A DNA stretch of 63,715 nucleotides, filler included, from Pelomyxa schiedti (lineage: Eukaryota; Protista; Evosea): assembly GCA_020536535.1 (NCBI GenBank). It is 12 parts of 12 records of this genome, joined end to end, with 100 filler letters (N's around TTAATTAATTAA, not from the genome) between each part and the next. Parts side by side here need not be neighbours in the genome. Positions count along the whole stretch, not along the records: positions 1 to 30,611 come from JAHLWZ010000465.1; positions 30,712 to 38,077 come from JAHLWZ010001361.1; 10 more parts are not named here. One strand, written 5' to 3'. Of the stretch, positions 24,224 through 36,447 are shown one piece after another. A program made the position numbers and the translations under genes. Below the pieces are notes generated by a model. It had not been told where the DNA came from. It saw only the letters and a list, made by a program, of their open reading frames with translations, and ran no database searches. Within the stretch, counting starts at the first letter, position 1. The number at the start of each line of letters is the position of its first letter.

Positions 24224-26283
24224 ATGCAGCGCGCACGGCCGAAGATGAAGATGAAGACGAGACCAGTGTCGCGATCTGAGGTGCCTGTGAAAACGAATGT
24301 ACGACAGGCTCTGGACCACGATGGCGTGTCGCAGATGGACCACTTTTTCCAGTACTCGCGCGCTAGAGGACCCAAGGGACCCGAATCCCTCAAGGAAGTT
24401 GTTCCTGGTTTGGCGGCGCAGAAGTTGTTGGCTGGTTCGAAGAGACCGCCGCGGGAATCGCAGGAGGAGTTGTCTGAGGCTTTAGGGAGTGAAACGTTTC
24501 TCTACAGAGCCAAGCGACGAAGAGAGAAGCTTGCTCGGTTGAAGGAGACCGAACAGGGTAAGTGCTCTCGCTTAAAACTGTCTCTGTGTTGACTTCAGCG
24601 AAGAAACCGAAGAAAAGGAGGAAAAGGAAGCAGAAGAAAAACGAAAACTAGAATTGGCACAGGAGCACCTCACCACCATTGCACACGAAACTCCCGAGGA
24701 AAAAAAAGTCCGACTTGCAAAACAGTATCTTGAAGCCTTGGATGGTACTGAAGGCGAGATATCCAAACGCCTTAGAGCCGAAGCAGTGAGTAATCGTTCG
24801 TTCTTTTCCTTCGTTTTGTTTACACTCGGCAGAAAGAGGCAACGGGAAAATTTAAAATTCCATTGGCTTCCAAGGTTAAAGAAACAAATTATCATATAAT
24901 ATTCCAACAACCACACAGATCTCCTTAAAGTCCCTTTTCATTTTCCGTGGCCCCAAGTCACCTGTAACAACTGCTGTTGTGAGTAGTGATGGTACAACAA
25001 TTTTTTCAGCTACGAAGGACGGAACCATATTCAAGTGTATCCAACTGCTAAATAATACTCCTCTCTGACAAAATTCCGTAGGGAACAGTGATGGAGAGAT
25101 TATATGTAGCTTTTCCCCTCTCCGCCGTAAAGCAAAGACTAAGAGTACTATGCTTCCTGTGTCCGTACTCTCATTGGCTCTCTCAGAGGATGGGAAATAT
25201 CTTGCGGCCGGAGGTAATTCGTTGTAGAAATCTCAGTTTAACTTAGCTGCCAGCTTCTGATAATTTGATTCACATGTATGATGGTGAAAACGCAAAAACT
25301 CTGGAATCATTTAGTGGGCATAGAGATGCTGTGACAGTATGTAACTAATTAATTCCCATTTCCTTGTAAAATTGAACAGGGAGTTGTTTTTCGAGAAAAA
25401 ACACATCAACTGTACAGTGTTTCACTAGATAGAAGCTTGAAAATATGGAATGTGGATGCTATGGCTTATGTGGATTCACTGTATGCACCAATATCTTGAC
25501 CCAATTTCCAACACCGTTATTAAGATTCGGACACCAGAGTGGGGTATTGTGTGTTGACGCACTTAGTCGGGAGAGAGCTCTCACAGGAAGTTACGATAAA
25601 TCGGTTCGTGTATGGAAAGTGGTGGAGGAAACACAACTAATATTTTCGTGCGGCACTCCTTTTGCAATTTGTAGCTTATCTTTCGTAGGAGTCATAAAGA
25701 GACTGTTGATTGTGTTTGTCTACTGAATGAAGCCTCCTTTGTGAGTGGAGGGCAAGATGGGTAAAAACTAACACACCTTGACACAAACAAATAATAATTC
25801 TTATAACAGAACCCTCAAATTGTGGTTTGGAGGGAAAAAAACACCAGTGTATACTCGAGGAAACGCACATGGAGGAAAATGGATATCTGCACTTGGCTGT
25901 TGCCGGAGAAGTGATGTGGTACGCAGATAGGATATCACGAACTCTCTTAAAACAACCAGGTTGCCTCGGGTTCTTATGACGGATTCATTAGATTGTGGAG
26001 AGTGGGCTCTAATAGAAGAGCAAGCTCAGGTATAAATAAACTAAGAAAAAAGTTCGGGGAGGAGGGAGCTATGCAATTGAGCCCGCTTCTTGATATTCCA
26101 GTGGTACGTAACCCAAATGAAGTCACATATCTTACTTTGCAAAAGACTGGATTTGTAAACTCTATTGGGTTCTCCGCTGATGGGTCAATACTTGTCGCCA
26201 GCATTGCACCAGAACACAAACTGGGGCGGTGGGAAGTTGTACCAAATGCCAAGAACGGTATTGTGGTTGCCCACTTGCTGTAG
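24224..26283 (+). CDS. RRP9: U3 snoRNA-interacting WD40 protein (Rrp9/U3-55K)
   Basis: ETPEEKKVRLAKQYLEAL; WD40 repeats GHRDAVT, LYSVSLDRSLKIWN, FGHQSGVLCVDALSRERALT, VRVWKVVEETQL; GFVNSIGF...EHKLGRW. Confidence 0.92.
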
Positions 26284-26561
26284 AACAACACTCTTCCCGA
26301 AAGTGTACCCTCAACACTGAGTTGTTTGGTTGTTGGCCACTTCAGTTTTGCTATTCATTTTGGTGAGCCACAAAATAAAGAAAGAACTTTAGGGTCTCCT
26401 GAAAAAAACCAGGAAAAATAAATAAATCTCTTATTTCGCAACAAGGCAATGCATAACCGCCAAAAAGTCAACTTGATACTGTTACACGGTACGTGGAATT
26501 ACTGATACATATTCTGGGCTTCTACACCCGAACTGTGCACCAAACTTGGGTTAATTCCTTG

Positions 26562-29500
26562 CTATCCAGCCACCGTGCCATGGAATGCTTCAGCAATCTA
26601 CGGATGCTAAGTAACTGTTTGGCGAGTTGGCGTTTGTAGTACCATCGTTTTCAGCTTCTCTGTGTCTTCCATACAGTAGTAGGGTTTCATGCTGGCTTCA
26701 GCTTCAATCTCAGATGCCTGGGGGTGACTCCGCAGTGCCGAGAAAAGCGAGGGAAGAGGTTTCTTAATGATTGCTCTAGTGCAATATGAGGGGAAGTGTT
26801 ATGACAAATCTTGCGAACCGTGCAATCTTTAGCAAAATGGCATGAACCATACTATTCGTCCGCCAATGGCGAAATAAGGTTTCAACAAGACTGTGGCAAG
26901 AATATGATAATTCATCCTAGTTTGATGTTGGTTTAGAATACTTAGAAAAATACAAGATACGGTATTTTCTTTGTTAGCGGGAGTGAGCTTCCGCAAAACA
27001 GCCAGAGTGACAGAAGAAACTTGCAACACTTTTGAGTGTGAATGCAAGGAGCGGTCACTTGCAAGGGATACATGCAAATAGGCTATAATTTCTGGCAGTA
27101 ACATTTGCGTAAGGCAATGTCCCGGAGGCAGTCGTGCGAGAGAGTGCTTTATAATGGGGATCACATAATGAAGATACTCATTGCATGCGGTCTAAAAAAC
27201 CTGTCACATGGTGCCAGGGAAAAAAATGTGAAAGGAACCATTGACAATATTTTCCTGACGCTTTTAAATCCTACTTGCATAGTATTCAGAAAATCTTCAC
27301 TAAAAAGGTCAATTCCAGGGCGTCCCAACCCCTTGGAGACTTTATGTTTGTGCCAGCTCTAGTTTTCCAGAGTTAGAGAGATGCTATTCAGGTGGGTTGT
27401 ACCGTTGCTCTATCGGGACAAGGGCATAAGAATGATGTGAAGGGTGATATCTCCGGTGCTGGAGGTCCCTGTAGACACTGGGACATAATTTCTAGTATAT
27501 TTTCGACTAGTTGCGGTCTAATTACCATTTGGGGTACTTTCTTGGAACCACCACATTGCTTGCACAATTTTTGACTTGTACCTTCTTTTTGGGGACTTTG
27601 GAGATTCATGGTACGGGACTTGGTATTTGTCAGGCACATTTCTGGAATGAACTTGTCAACTACATCAAGTACAGCACTGATGACAGAAAGAAGGAATTTC
27701 GAGTCCGATTCTTGATTATTGTCTGATGTAGCCACCGTGCCAAAATTATAGTGAATGTTCACAAGCAGAGACATGATAGTGGCAAAGACTTTGGGAGAGT
27801 CGCAGTGGGGGATGATGCACTCCACCAAAAGAGAGGAATGATCAACTAGAAAGGATGAAATCTTCCTGACGGGGATCAGGGAGGATATCACACAAATAAA
27901 TTCGGCAACGGCTGTTGAACATTCGCAGTCACAATGATGCGGTGTAGAGCAGTCACATGAAGTGCAGGAGCAAGTTATCCCACTGCAGGGATTGGTGGTT
28001 TTGTTCCCATTTGTGCAAGCCAAAACAGAGAAGAGCTTCTTTCGAAATTCAGCAGTCTTTAGCATAGCCTGGGTTGGACTATTTGGCGTTAAATCCAGAA
28101 GTTCGTGTAGAAGCCAAGAGACAGGAGGTCCTTTTTTCTCTGTTAGTATTCATATCTCCATTTCAATTTATTGATATTGAATAGTGCATTAAAATGAGAG
28201 CAATACCTCCTGTGTTTTCTATTTGACTTACACATGGTTTCTGAATACAATTGCACGGTTTGAGATCTGCCTCTAGGTCTAAACAGTATTCTGTCTCAAG
28301 GTTTGCTTTGTAAGGTCCTCTCATAATTGCTCTGGCAGGAGGACTAAAGGTTTTTTTCCCGGGCCTCAGAGATGTATGAAAAACATCGCTCCGGGATTTA
28401 TTGCCAACATAATCCTCATCACTGCTTCCAGTCAAATTTGCTCTTACACGATTCCGGTTACTGCTTCCCTCACTGACAGTCAATGGCGCCATGCAAGTAA
28501 CACTCATAGACCTCCTAAGACCAAAGGTTCTTGTGAGACTGCCATCATACCCCTTGTCAATGGAAGTGCCATCTAGAAAACTTTGCAGCGAGGGGGACTT
28601 GGTCACCCCACCACAAGGAAATATGCATGCTCGAGGGTGTCCTTTACAGCAACGGCGAAATATCTCGTCCATCGTTACCTGTAATCCCTGAGTAATATCG
28701 AGTTGCATCATTGACGCTAAGGAGGACTGCCCTTGTTCTCGCAATATTCGCGGAAGGACACTGTTTACGAAGTTGAGACTTAATTGAGAGACCATAGAGT
28801 CTCTGGTCTCACATAAACTGGCATAAGTGCTCATCTTTGACGGAATGATGTCTGCGTCAACGCCAAAAGGACCCAATGCTGCCATGTAGCACTGGGCCAC
28901 AGGAGAGAAATAAGAAGAAGACGGCGACGATGAAGATGAGCTTCCCGTAGTTGGAAGAGAAGAGTATGGCGAAGATGTCGAGAAGAGAGCCGTCATCAAT
29001 TCAGAGTAGCGGGCTTGACACCCACCGATGCACAGCATCCCAGTCGAGCCATTTATAGAGCTAGTCTGTCCAGAACCAGGAGGTTCCAAATTGTCAGTAT
29101 TCAACACCAATGACCGGAACTGTTCCTGAAATGCAGGGCTTGGCGGCGGACCATTAGAAATCGAACTGGGATTGGCCCTCGATCCCCTGTATTTATCAGG
29201 AGAGAGGCCCAATATGCACGACAGTGTCGAATTGAGCGCTAAATTTGGCAACGGCTGGGCAGTTTCGGCCGACGCGGCTTCTTTTCTCGAATGAGAGCGA
29301 GAGCGAGAAGAATCGTTCTTCCTTTTTGGCACAGGCCTCTGTGGCGGATACGCCTGAAGAATTGGCGAGCCAGTGTCAGCTTCGCAGGAGAGGAGCCTCC
29401 CATCATAGAGTGAGGCTTCCCCCCCTCCAATCAAACTGCTAACGCTGCGAAGNNNNNNNNNNNNNNNNNNNNNNNNNNNNNNNNNNNNNNNNNNNNNNNN

Positions 29501-30015
29501 NNNNNNNNNNNNNNNNNNNNNNNNNNNNNNNNNNNNNNNNNNNNNNNNNNNNCAGGCCTCTGTGGCGGATACGCCTGAAGAATTGGCGAGCCAGTGTCAG
29601 CTTCGCAGGAGAGGAGCCTCCCATCATAGAGTGAGGCTTCCCCCCCTCCAATCAAACTGCTAACGCTGCGAAGAGGCGGGAGAGAGGGGCCGGGCATTGA
29701 CCGCGCCACCACGCTGTCGCTGAGAGACGTGGTTATGGGAGAGGCGAGGGACCACTTGTCCCAAAAAACGCACCCGCCGCCCCCGGTTCCGTGTGCAGTT
29801 GTTGTCGGCAAATCGCTTGTGGGACTGGGTTCAGAGGCCCGCAGCACCCCGTTTCCCCTCAGGGACGGTGGGCTCGTGCTCGTGCGAATCTGGGGCATGG
29901 AGACTGAGGACGGGGGCGCCTGTTTCGGCATAGGAGACACTGATCCAAGGGGCGGGGACGACAAAAGGTGGACGTGACGGACTTGCACTTGGGGGCCCGT
30001 AAGGACCGCCCCCAT
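26562..30015 (-). CDS. Large orphan protein with S/P-rich N-terminus and helical C-terminus, interrupted by a false scaffold gap
   Basis: ORFs 29431-30015, 28163-29434, 27388-28065 and 26829-27164 link via GT-AG introns once the duplicated gap flank is removed. N-terminus MGAVLT fits the myristoylation consensus. Confidence 0.6.
29332..29673. other. Scaffold gap (100 N, 29453-29552) flanked by an exact 121-bp direct duplication
   Basis: 29332-29452 is identical to 29553-29673, typical of an unmerged contig overlap. Confidence 0.9.
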
Positions 30016-30611
30016 TTGGTGACTTGGGCCTGGTTGCGTATTATTGTTGTTGTTGATTTGTTGTTACGTAACACGTTCTGCTTCTTCTTGTCGTTTTTAG
30101 AATCACCCTTCTTCGCTTCCACGGGTTTTTCCGCAAAGGCAACAACTCAGTTGAATTTGGAGTGCAACAAGTTTCCCTTTTGTTTGTTTTTACGGCACTT
30201 TTATTGATTTGTGATGTGATTGATGATTGAGGCAGGTTTTTCGCGCGGGAGAAAAAACGTTGATTCGGCTTAGCCGGCCTTCTGTAAAGGGAAAAACAAA
30301 GATGTACCTACCATCGGAACGTGGCCGTATCGTATCACCGTACCATACCTTTCTCAATGACAATGTTCAGTCGAAAAAAAGGGGCAAGCTACCCACTGCA
30401 AAAAGAGGAATTAGTGAGTTTGTGAGATAAGATGCTAAGTTTTTGCTAACCCTTTAGTTTTGATGATTCCCGGATCATCACAAGGAGTGATGTTTGGTTG
30501 TGTCATAGCGTCATCCCTGGTGCCCGTCAGGACTGAAAGAATAATAGTGCCATTTTCTTGCGTGGTTTTTGGTTTACAAAGGAAAAAACAGAACATACGA
30601 AAGACATTGGT

Positions 30612-30711
30612 NNNNNNNNNNNNNNNNNNNNNNNNNNNNNNNNNNNNNNNNNNNNTTAATTAATTAANNNNNNNNNNNNNNNNNNNNNNNNNNNNNNNNN
30701 NNNNNNNNNNN
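30612..30711. other. Artificial contig spacer N-TTAATTAATTAA-N (first of 11)
   Basis: The same 100-nt spacer, with stops in all six frames, occurs at 30612, 38078, 39415, 40629, 44333, 46280, 47947, 53583, 54765, 59089 and 60820. Confidence 0.97.
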
Positions 30712-32893
30712 TCTGCGTTGATGGCATCGCCGTAGTGGCCCAGTATCACTTGCCACCCTGCAAGTTCGATAACAGTGTTTGGTGCCAACCACCTGTTGAA
30801 CATTCTCACAACCTGTTGTGTTTTTTGGTGTTGGTGTTGTTGGGTTATTTCGCTTAGCAAGCGAGCGTTTGTTTGAGTTTGAAGCAACATACATCACTCA
30901 GGGGGATGTCAAAGGTGTCGAGAAGCCACTGTGCGCAGCGGTTCTTGCGTTTCTCCATAAGCGTGAACAAGATGTAATTGTCATCACTGTTGATGTGGTT
31001 GTACTGCAGGTTGAACTTGCAGATCACCCACTTGACAGTCCTGCTGGATGGAACTGGTTGAATGTTGAAAGCGAGGCACGGGCCCATGAACTCTGGGGTC
31101 AATAGTAGGGAGTCCTCACCAGCAGACTGGATGAGGTGCAACGAGGATTGCAGGTCAACCTCCATGAGTGTGTCAAGGATAGTACTCAACTGCAACGGGT
31201 GTGGAAGGTGCTGAAGAAACCACCTCAACCCTGCAGTGGAATTGTTGTACTCTGAGCACAACTCTGTCAGTGTTCTCTCAGCACCACCTGTTTGGGAAGT
31301 TACATCATTCATCACGTGGAAGGTGTCCTCCAACCAGTCAGCAACTTCAATTTTGCCTACCCGAAGTGCTCTTAACAGGCATCTTGTGACATCACTTTGT
31401 GAGTGTAACCCTCGTTGAAAGCCACTTGGCAAGTGACAATCCTCCTCCATTGGAAGGGGAAGTGATACGTGCACATGCAGATTCAAACATTTGTGGTGTT
31501 GGTGCGAATCTCTTCTCAGTGGTCAACCACTGAGTGAACTCAACATCACCAAGACTTCCACAGAGAACGGTCAACGTCTCCTCACTTGGGTTGAGTGGCA
31601 GCTTTGAGAGGAACCACTTGGCAACACCTGGGTTCTGAATGCTCAACAGGACCCCTCTATCATCAACCCCATACCTGAGAATATCACTTTCAAACCATTG
31701 GAAATCTTCCACAGATGCATGTGCATTTCTGAGCAGTATGTGCACTGCCACAGCTTCCCTGACAGGCAAATCACTTTTTTTTTCAACGAACAACCTGAAG
31801 CTCTCTGGTGATTCTCCTCGGAGACACCACTCAAACAAATCCCCAAGAACCTTAGGAGCCAGTCTTTCCCACAATTGATATTTCTGAAACAGCCACTGGA
31901 CCACATGGATTTTACCGCGATACATGGAGGAGCAGAGAGAGTGATACAGCAACCAAGGCACGTCGTCCCTTCCAATTCCAAGGACATGCAGCAGCCATCC
32001 AACAAACTCCACGTTGTCAGTACCGCACTGGCCATGAATCCCTCTGTGCCTCGCGACGCCCTCAAATACTCCATCACCTTTGCCCTCAAAGACACCACCT
32101 CTGTCTCACAACCGCCTCCTTCCCCGCCATTCTCACAATAATCAGCAGCGGCTCTCCACCTCGCAACACACCGGCCATCCCACAGCAACGGCAATGTGCC
32201 CCCAACACACGAGGCATACACCACTCCAATGATCCCCTCAGCTTGCTCACCTACTCCACGTCCACCGTGCACATCATGGTGGTCCTGGTCGTGGTCACCC
32301 AGGAGCGCGCGTGCGGCCTGATGGTGCCCCCCGATGCACAGACCATTCATCGTCGCTGCAATTTCTTTCACTGCAATGTCCACAGTGTCCCTCACAGCGA
32401 GATGCCTGGCTCTGCCGGTTCTTGTGCTCCCAACAACAAGGCTGTCGTCTCTGTTGTCAGTCTCTGATGACCTGCTGGTGGTGCCGGTGGTTTGCCTGTG
32501 GTTCGAAATCCAGGCGAGGCAGGATGGTGCCAGTGCCCTGGCCGCGCTGGTTATGAGCCCATAAGTGGATCCCGCGTCGCCGCAGCATGGGTGCGCCGGG
32601 GTGGCCATCGCCCTGCGGCATGCTCGTGGCACCAGAGGGAACATCGCCTGTGCGAGCCTGATCACGTCCAAGCTGGCGACAGACCACAAATGGTCGTCGG
32701 CGGGCATGTCCCAGTATACATCGCACCACAAGTACTTGTAGGTTGGCGCGTCCAGCCAACCTGGCGCCACAACCATTTCCCACACAACTCGTGACACCCC
32801 CAGGATACCTTCCACGTCAAGGTATTTCTCCACGCCTCGTTGTTGTTGTGGTGTTGTTGTTGGTGTGCAACAAGTGCTCAGTGCCGATGCCAT
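30712..32893 (-). pseudogene. Ankyrin-like helical-repeat protein of a lineage-expanded family, two frameshifts, 3' truncated
   Basis: Repeats such as GKIHVVQWLFQKY, GDVEFTQWL, SLAKWL and GKIEVADWLEDTF span three frames; shifts near 32025 and 31400 lack splice sites; a GTATGT...CAG intron lies at about 30814-30890. Confidence 0.6.
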
Positions 32894-33076
32894 CGACAGA
32901 GATGTGAAAGTGATGACTGGACAACTTCTGGGAATTTGATGAATACTCGGACTGTATTTAATTGGGCTTAGGTAGCAATGTGTTGCATGTTTCCCCCGCC
33001 ATCTCTGATGGTTTTGTTGTTGAAAATACCTGTTCCTGAACACAATGCTAAAACAGTCAAACTCGAACGTTCATGG

Positions 33077-35607
33077 TTACATGACAAAGTACAAGAAGAA
33101 GGAGGAGGCCAACAGGAGGATGGCAACAGAAAAGTGGGAGCGCATAGATTGCGAGGAGGAGAGTGACTCCACATAGTTGGAGGATGAATGGGTGCTGGTG
33201 ATGAAGCTGGAGTCATCCGGTATTGAGTGTGATTGTGATGGTGGTTGTGATTGTGATTGTGACGACGACGGTGCTGGCGGTGGTGATGCTGACATGGAAC
33301 CTGGTGGTAATGACACTGACACTGGCATTGACAATGGGAACGAGGTTGCCTGCGATGATGATGGTGGCAATGACTGCGGTGTGGATGAGGAGGAGGATGA
33401 TGATGAGGGTGCGATTTGAGTGAAGCACTCTGATGGGCCCCTGGTGTTGTTGCATTGGCACATCACGCAGCCATTGCAAGTGAAACAGTTTTGCTCCAGT
33501 TGACTGTAAAATGAAAACCGGGTGAGGTTTTTAAAAAAAAGAAAGGGAGGAATGAAAACCAGTGCACGAATTTCCCTTCAGAAAGGACCAATGGGAGAGT
33601 GCCATTCAAGAAGTTATAGCTCAAGTCACTGCAACCCGTTAGTGGTGTCATTCATTTGGAATTAGGGAATACAAAATCACAGTTGTGGAATTATAGTTTT
33701 CAATGGAACCGCCGAGTAGATTGTGACTCATATTTCTATGTCGGTAAGGCTTGTAAAAAAGAAAAAAAACCGCACATGGAATTAAGTCTGGGGAGGGAAA
33801 CCCAGAAAGCCTGTGGGATAGTGCCGGAAATCATATTTGAAGACAAGTCCCTGTGTGCGGTGACAGAATGAGGGAGAAAAGGCAATAACTATACAGTGTG
33901 AGAAGCTTGGATAGAGCTTTGGGAGAAATCGGCAGAGTTCCAGAGAAGAGATTATTTTGCAACAATCTTTATTCATTGGCATTAGCTAAGAGAAATAAGC
34001 ATGGCTCGTACTTACAATTTCTTCACTGTTGTTACAAACAGAGTTGCCGGGAGGTCTCCAGAGAGTTGATTGGAGGAAAGTTGTCTGTATTTATGGGTTT
34101 GAGCCTACCACTATTAAAAGGAAGGGACATAGAACCGAGGCTTGTTGAAAGAGAGCAGGTTGGTAAAGTACCAGATAGAAAATTCTCATCCAACCTTCTG
34201 ATTATCCCGAGTGAGGCTCATAGTATAAAAAGAAAAGAAGAGGATACATCCAGGAAAGTTTGTTTAGTGAACACAATAATTCTGGTGGGATGCTTCCCGT
34301 GAACTGATTTCGTGATAGAAACCTTTTTTTTGTCGTTTTACAAAAAGTAAAATAACAGAATAGGAGGGAACATTTACAGGTAATTCAAACTAGACATTGA
34401 AAAGATTGAACTTGGAATAGATCCACTGAATTGGTTCCCAGTGAGGTCCCTGTGAGTGGGGTTAGATTCCTTTGTTCGCCAAAAGAGAGAGTGATTGGAT
34501 TACAAGTGCAGGAGACAGGTTAAATTCGACGAAATATCCAAAGTTCCAGAAGTAAAACTATTATCTGCTAGGTTTAGAACCTGAAAATCTAAGAGTTGAA
34601 GCATCAAAAGTGAGGAGATGATGAGCACCTGAAGAGACTGAGGAAGCGGAGGTACTGTCCCACTGAAATGATTCGCGTTGAGAGTTCTGATGTCACATTA
34701 AAATGAGGGAATAGATATTAACTAACAAGTCCATACAACTGAAGCAGGAAATGGAACTCTGAAAACCAAAGCGGCAGTGTTCCTGTCAGCAAATTCGAAC
34801 CAAGATCTCTTTTTGGGATGGTGAGTGTACTGCGTTAAAAGGGAACAAAGGAAGGAAACATGGACATCAGAGATGTCAGATTCTGAAGACAGAGAATTTC
34901 TCCAGTTAAGTTGTTGCGCCAAAAAGACCTGTTGAAAAAAAGTCAAAGGAATGGAATGCTCTGGAAGTTGGGAAGGTTATACAGTTTTGCCAATAACTGC
35001 AATCGCGATAGTGTGTCTGGTATTACTCCATTAATATCATCATGGGATAAGTCCCTGACAAGTTGGGGTGAGTCAAAGCGAAACAATGTCTCACATTTAC
35101 AGATTCCTCAGTTGGGAAAAGTTTCCAATTGTTTGTGGTATTGTTCCCTGCTTGGTGGTGCGGCTACCCAAGGATCTTTTTTCGAATACATTAAAATGCA
35201 CAGGGAAAAAAAAGGAAAGAAGCAGGAGTATCCAAGTACATTGAACATATGTGACCATCGAAACAGCTCAATCCGAAAAACGCAGTTTCATTGCAGGGAG
35301 GCTCCTCAGTGTATTCCTCGCATGGGTCCTTCCAATTCACCGGCTTCAATTCGTTGTACAGATCGCACACGGCCTGGGCCTCAGCCCTCAACAATTCCCT
35401 CTCCGCCTCACTCACACCACTGCTTGACGATGTCGGCGATGTTGATGTTGATGATGGTGACGGTGACGATCCCACAATCCCTTCCGATTCAATAGGGCTG
35501 CTTTGGGAGGACAATACATCCGATCCGCCGCCGGTGACACTGCTACTGCCAATTGCGAGTACTCCGAAAACAACAGAAAGCCAGACAGGGCGAATCCTCA
35601 TGATCAT
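33077..35607 (-). CDS. Extracellular leucine-rich-repeat protein with signal peptide, S/P-rich stalk and likely GPI-anchor signal
   Basis: Signal MRIRPVWLSVVFGVLAIG; N-cap WKDPC...FFGLSC; plant-type LRRs DLSHDDINGVIP, DLTGNQFSGSIP, LSRNQFTGSIP, DLSSNMISGTIP, DLSYNFLNGTLP; hydrophobic C-terminus ending at the stop. Confidence 0.85.
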
Positions 35608-35814
35608 GCTCTACTTTCTTTCGGGGTTCCGGCAAACGACTCCCTTGAAAGAGCCCTTACCGGAAACTCCCCATCAAAACAGCAGTTCTTGTGGTGGGCA
35701 AAATCGAGATTGTGAGACCACCAAGGAACTCTTTCGTACAATTGTGTCACCCCTGCATGAAGAGCTGGTCGGCTGTACTGCCACTGGCACCGTGATCTAC
35801 GGACTTCTTCTTTC

Positions 35815-36327
35815 ATGATGAAGTGGGACGGTACCTGCTGCGGAGACCTCCTTTTCATAGAGGACAGTGGATCGACGGTGTTCAAGCCACCATCAAGTCG
35901 CGCACAATTTCAGCAGTCCACAGTCACAGCCACAACGCAGCTCACCGGGACCGACGCCGACGTGTACGAATGGAACCTCTCGATAACGGAGCTGCGGTAC
36001 TGTGACTACACCTACCTGGTGTTCTACGGCCTCATTCCCAAGCCGCTGGACCAAGACAGTGCCACTCCTGCGTCGACGATGATCGGGTGGTCAACACAGG
36101 GCCAGTGCATCAACCTGCCAACGGGCACTCCTGCATTCGAAGCCACCCAAGGCGGGTGCTCCCTCGGCGGCGTGGAGGAGGTAGCGTTCCGGTATGATTC
36201 CCTCGCACTCACTCTCACGGCAACGTGGCCAAGGCATGGCAACGTTACAGCCACAGTGAGCTGCGTTCCGAGGGGTTTGTACCCCACTGTGGTGCTATGG
36301 GAGCACAATACCGTAAAGATCTCGTGA
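35815..36327 (+). CDS. Stand-alone SPRY/B30.2-like domain protein, intronless
   Basis: Begins MKWD; VYEWNLSI, FYGLIP, VAFRYD...TLT and LYPTVVLW..VKI match the SPRY strand pattern. Confidence 0.65.
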   Translation: MMKWDGTCCGDLLFIEDSGSTVFKPPSSRAQFQQSTVTATTQLTGTDADVYEWNLSITELRYCDYTYLVFYGLIPKPLDQDSATPASTMIGWSTQGQCINLPTGTPAFEATQGGCSLGGVEEVAFRYDSLALTLTATWPRHGNVTATVSCVPRGLYPTVVLWEHNTVKIS

Positions 36328-36447
36328 CATTTGCACGCCCCTCCTTCAGGAGCAGATTCGAGGTGAAGGCAAAAAAAAAAATTATTCGTCATCAGTTGGA
36401 GATGGGGATGAGTAAGCACCCTAAGTGTAACATTATTGTGTGGACCA

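Noticed and set aside
29332-29673. 121-bp direct repeat resembling LTRs or a tandem duplication
   Set aside because: Exact copy abutting both sides of an N gap; collapsing it restores a continuous ORF, so it is an assembly overlap.
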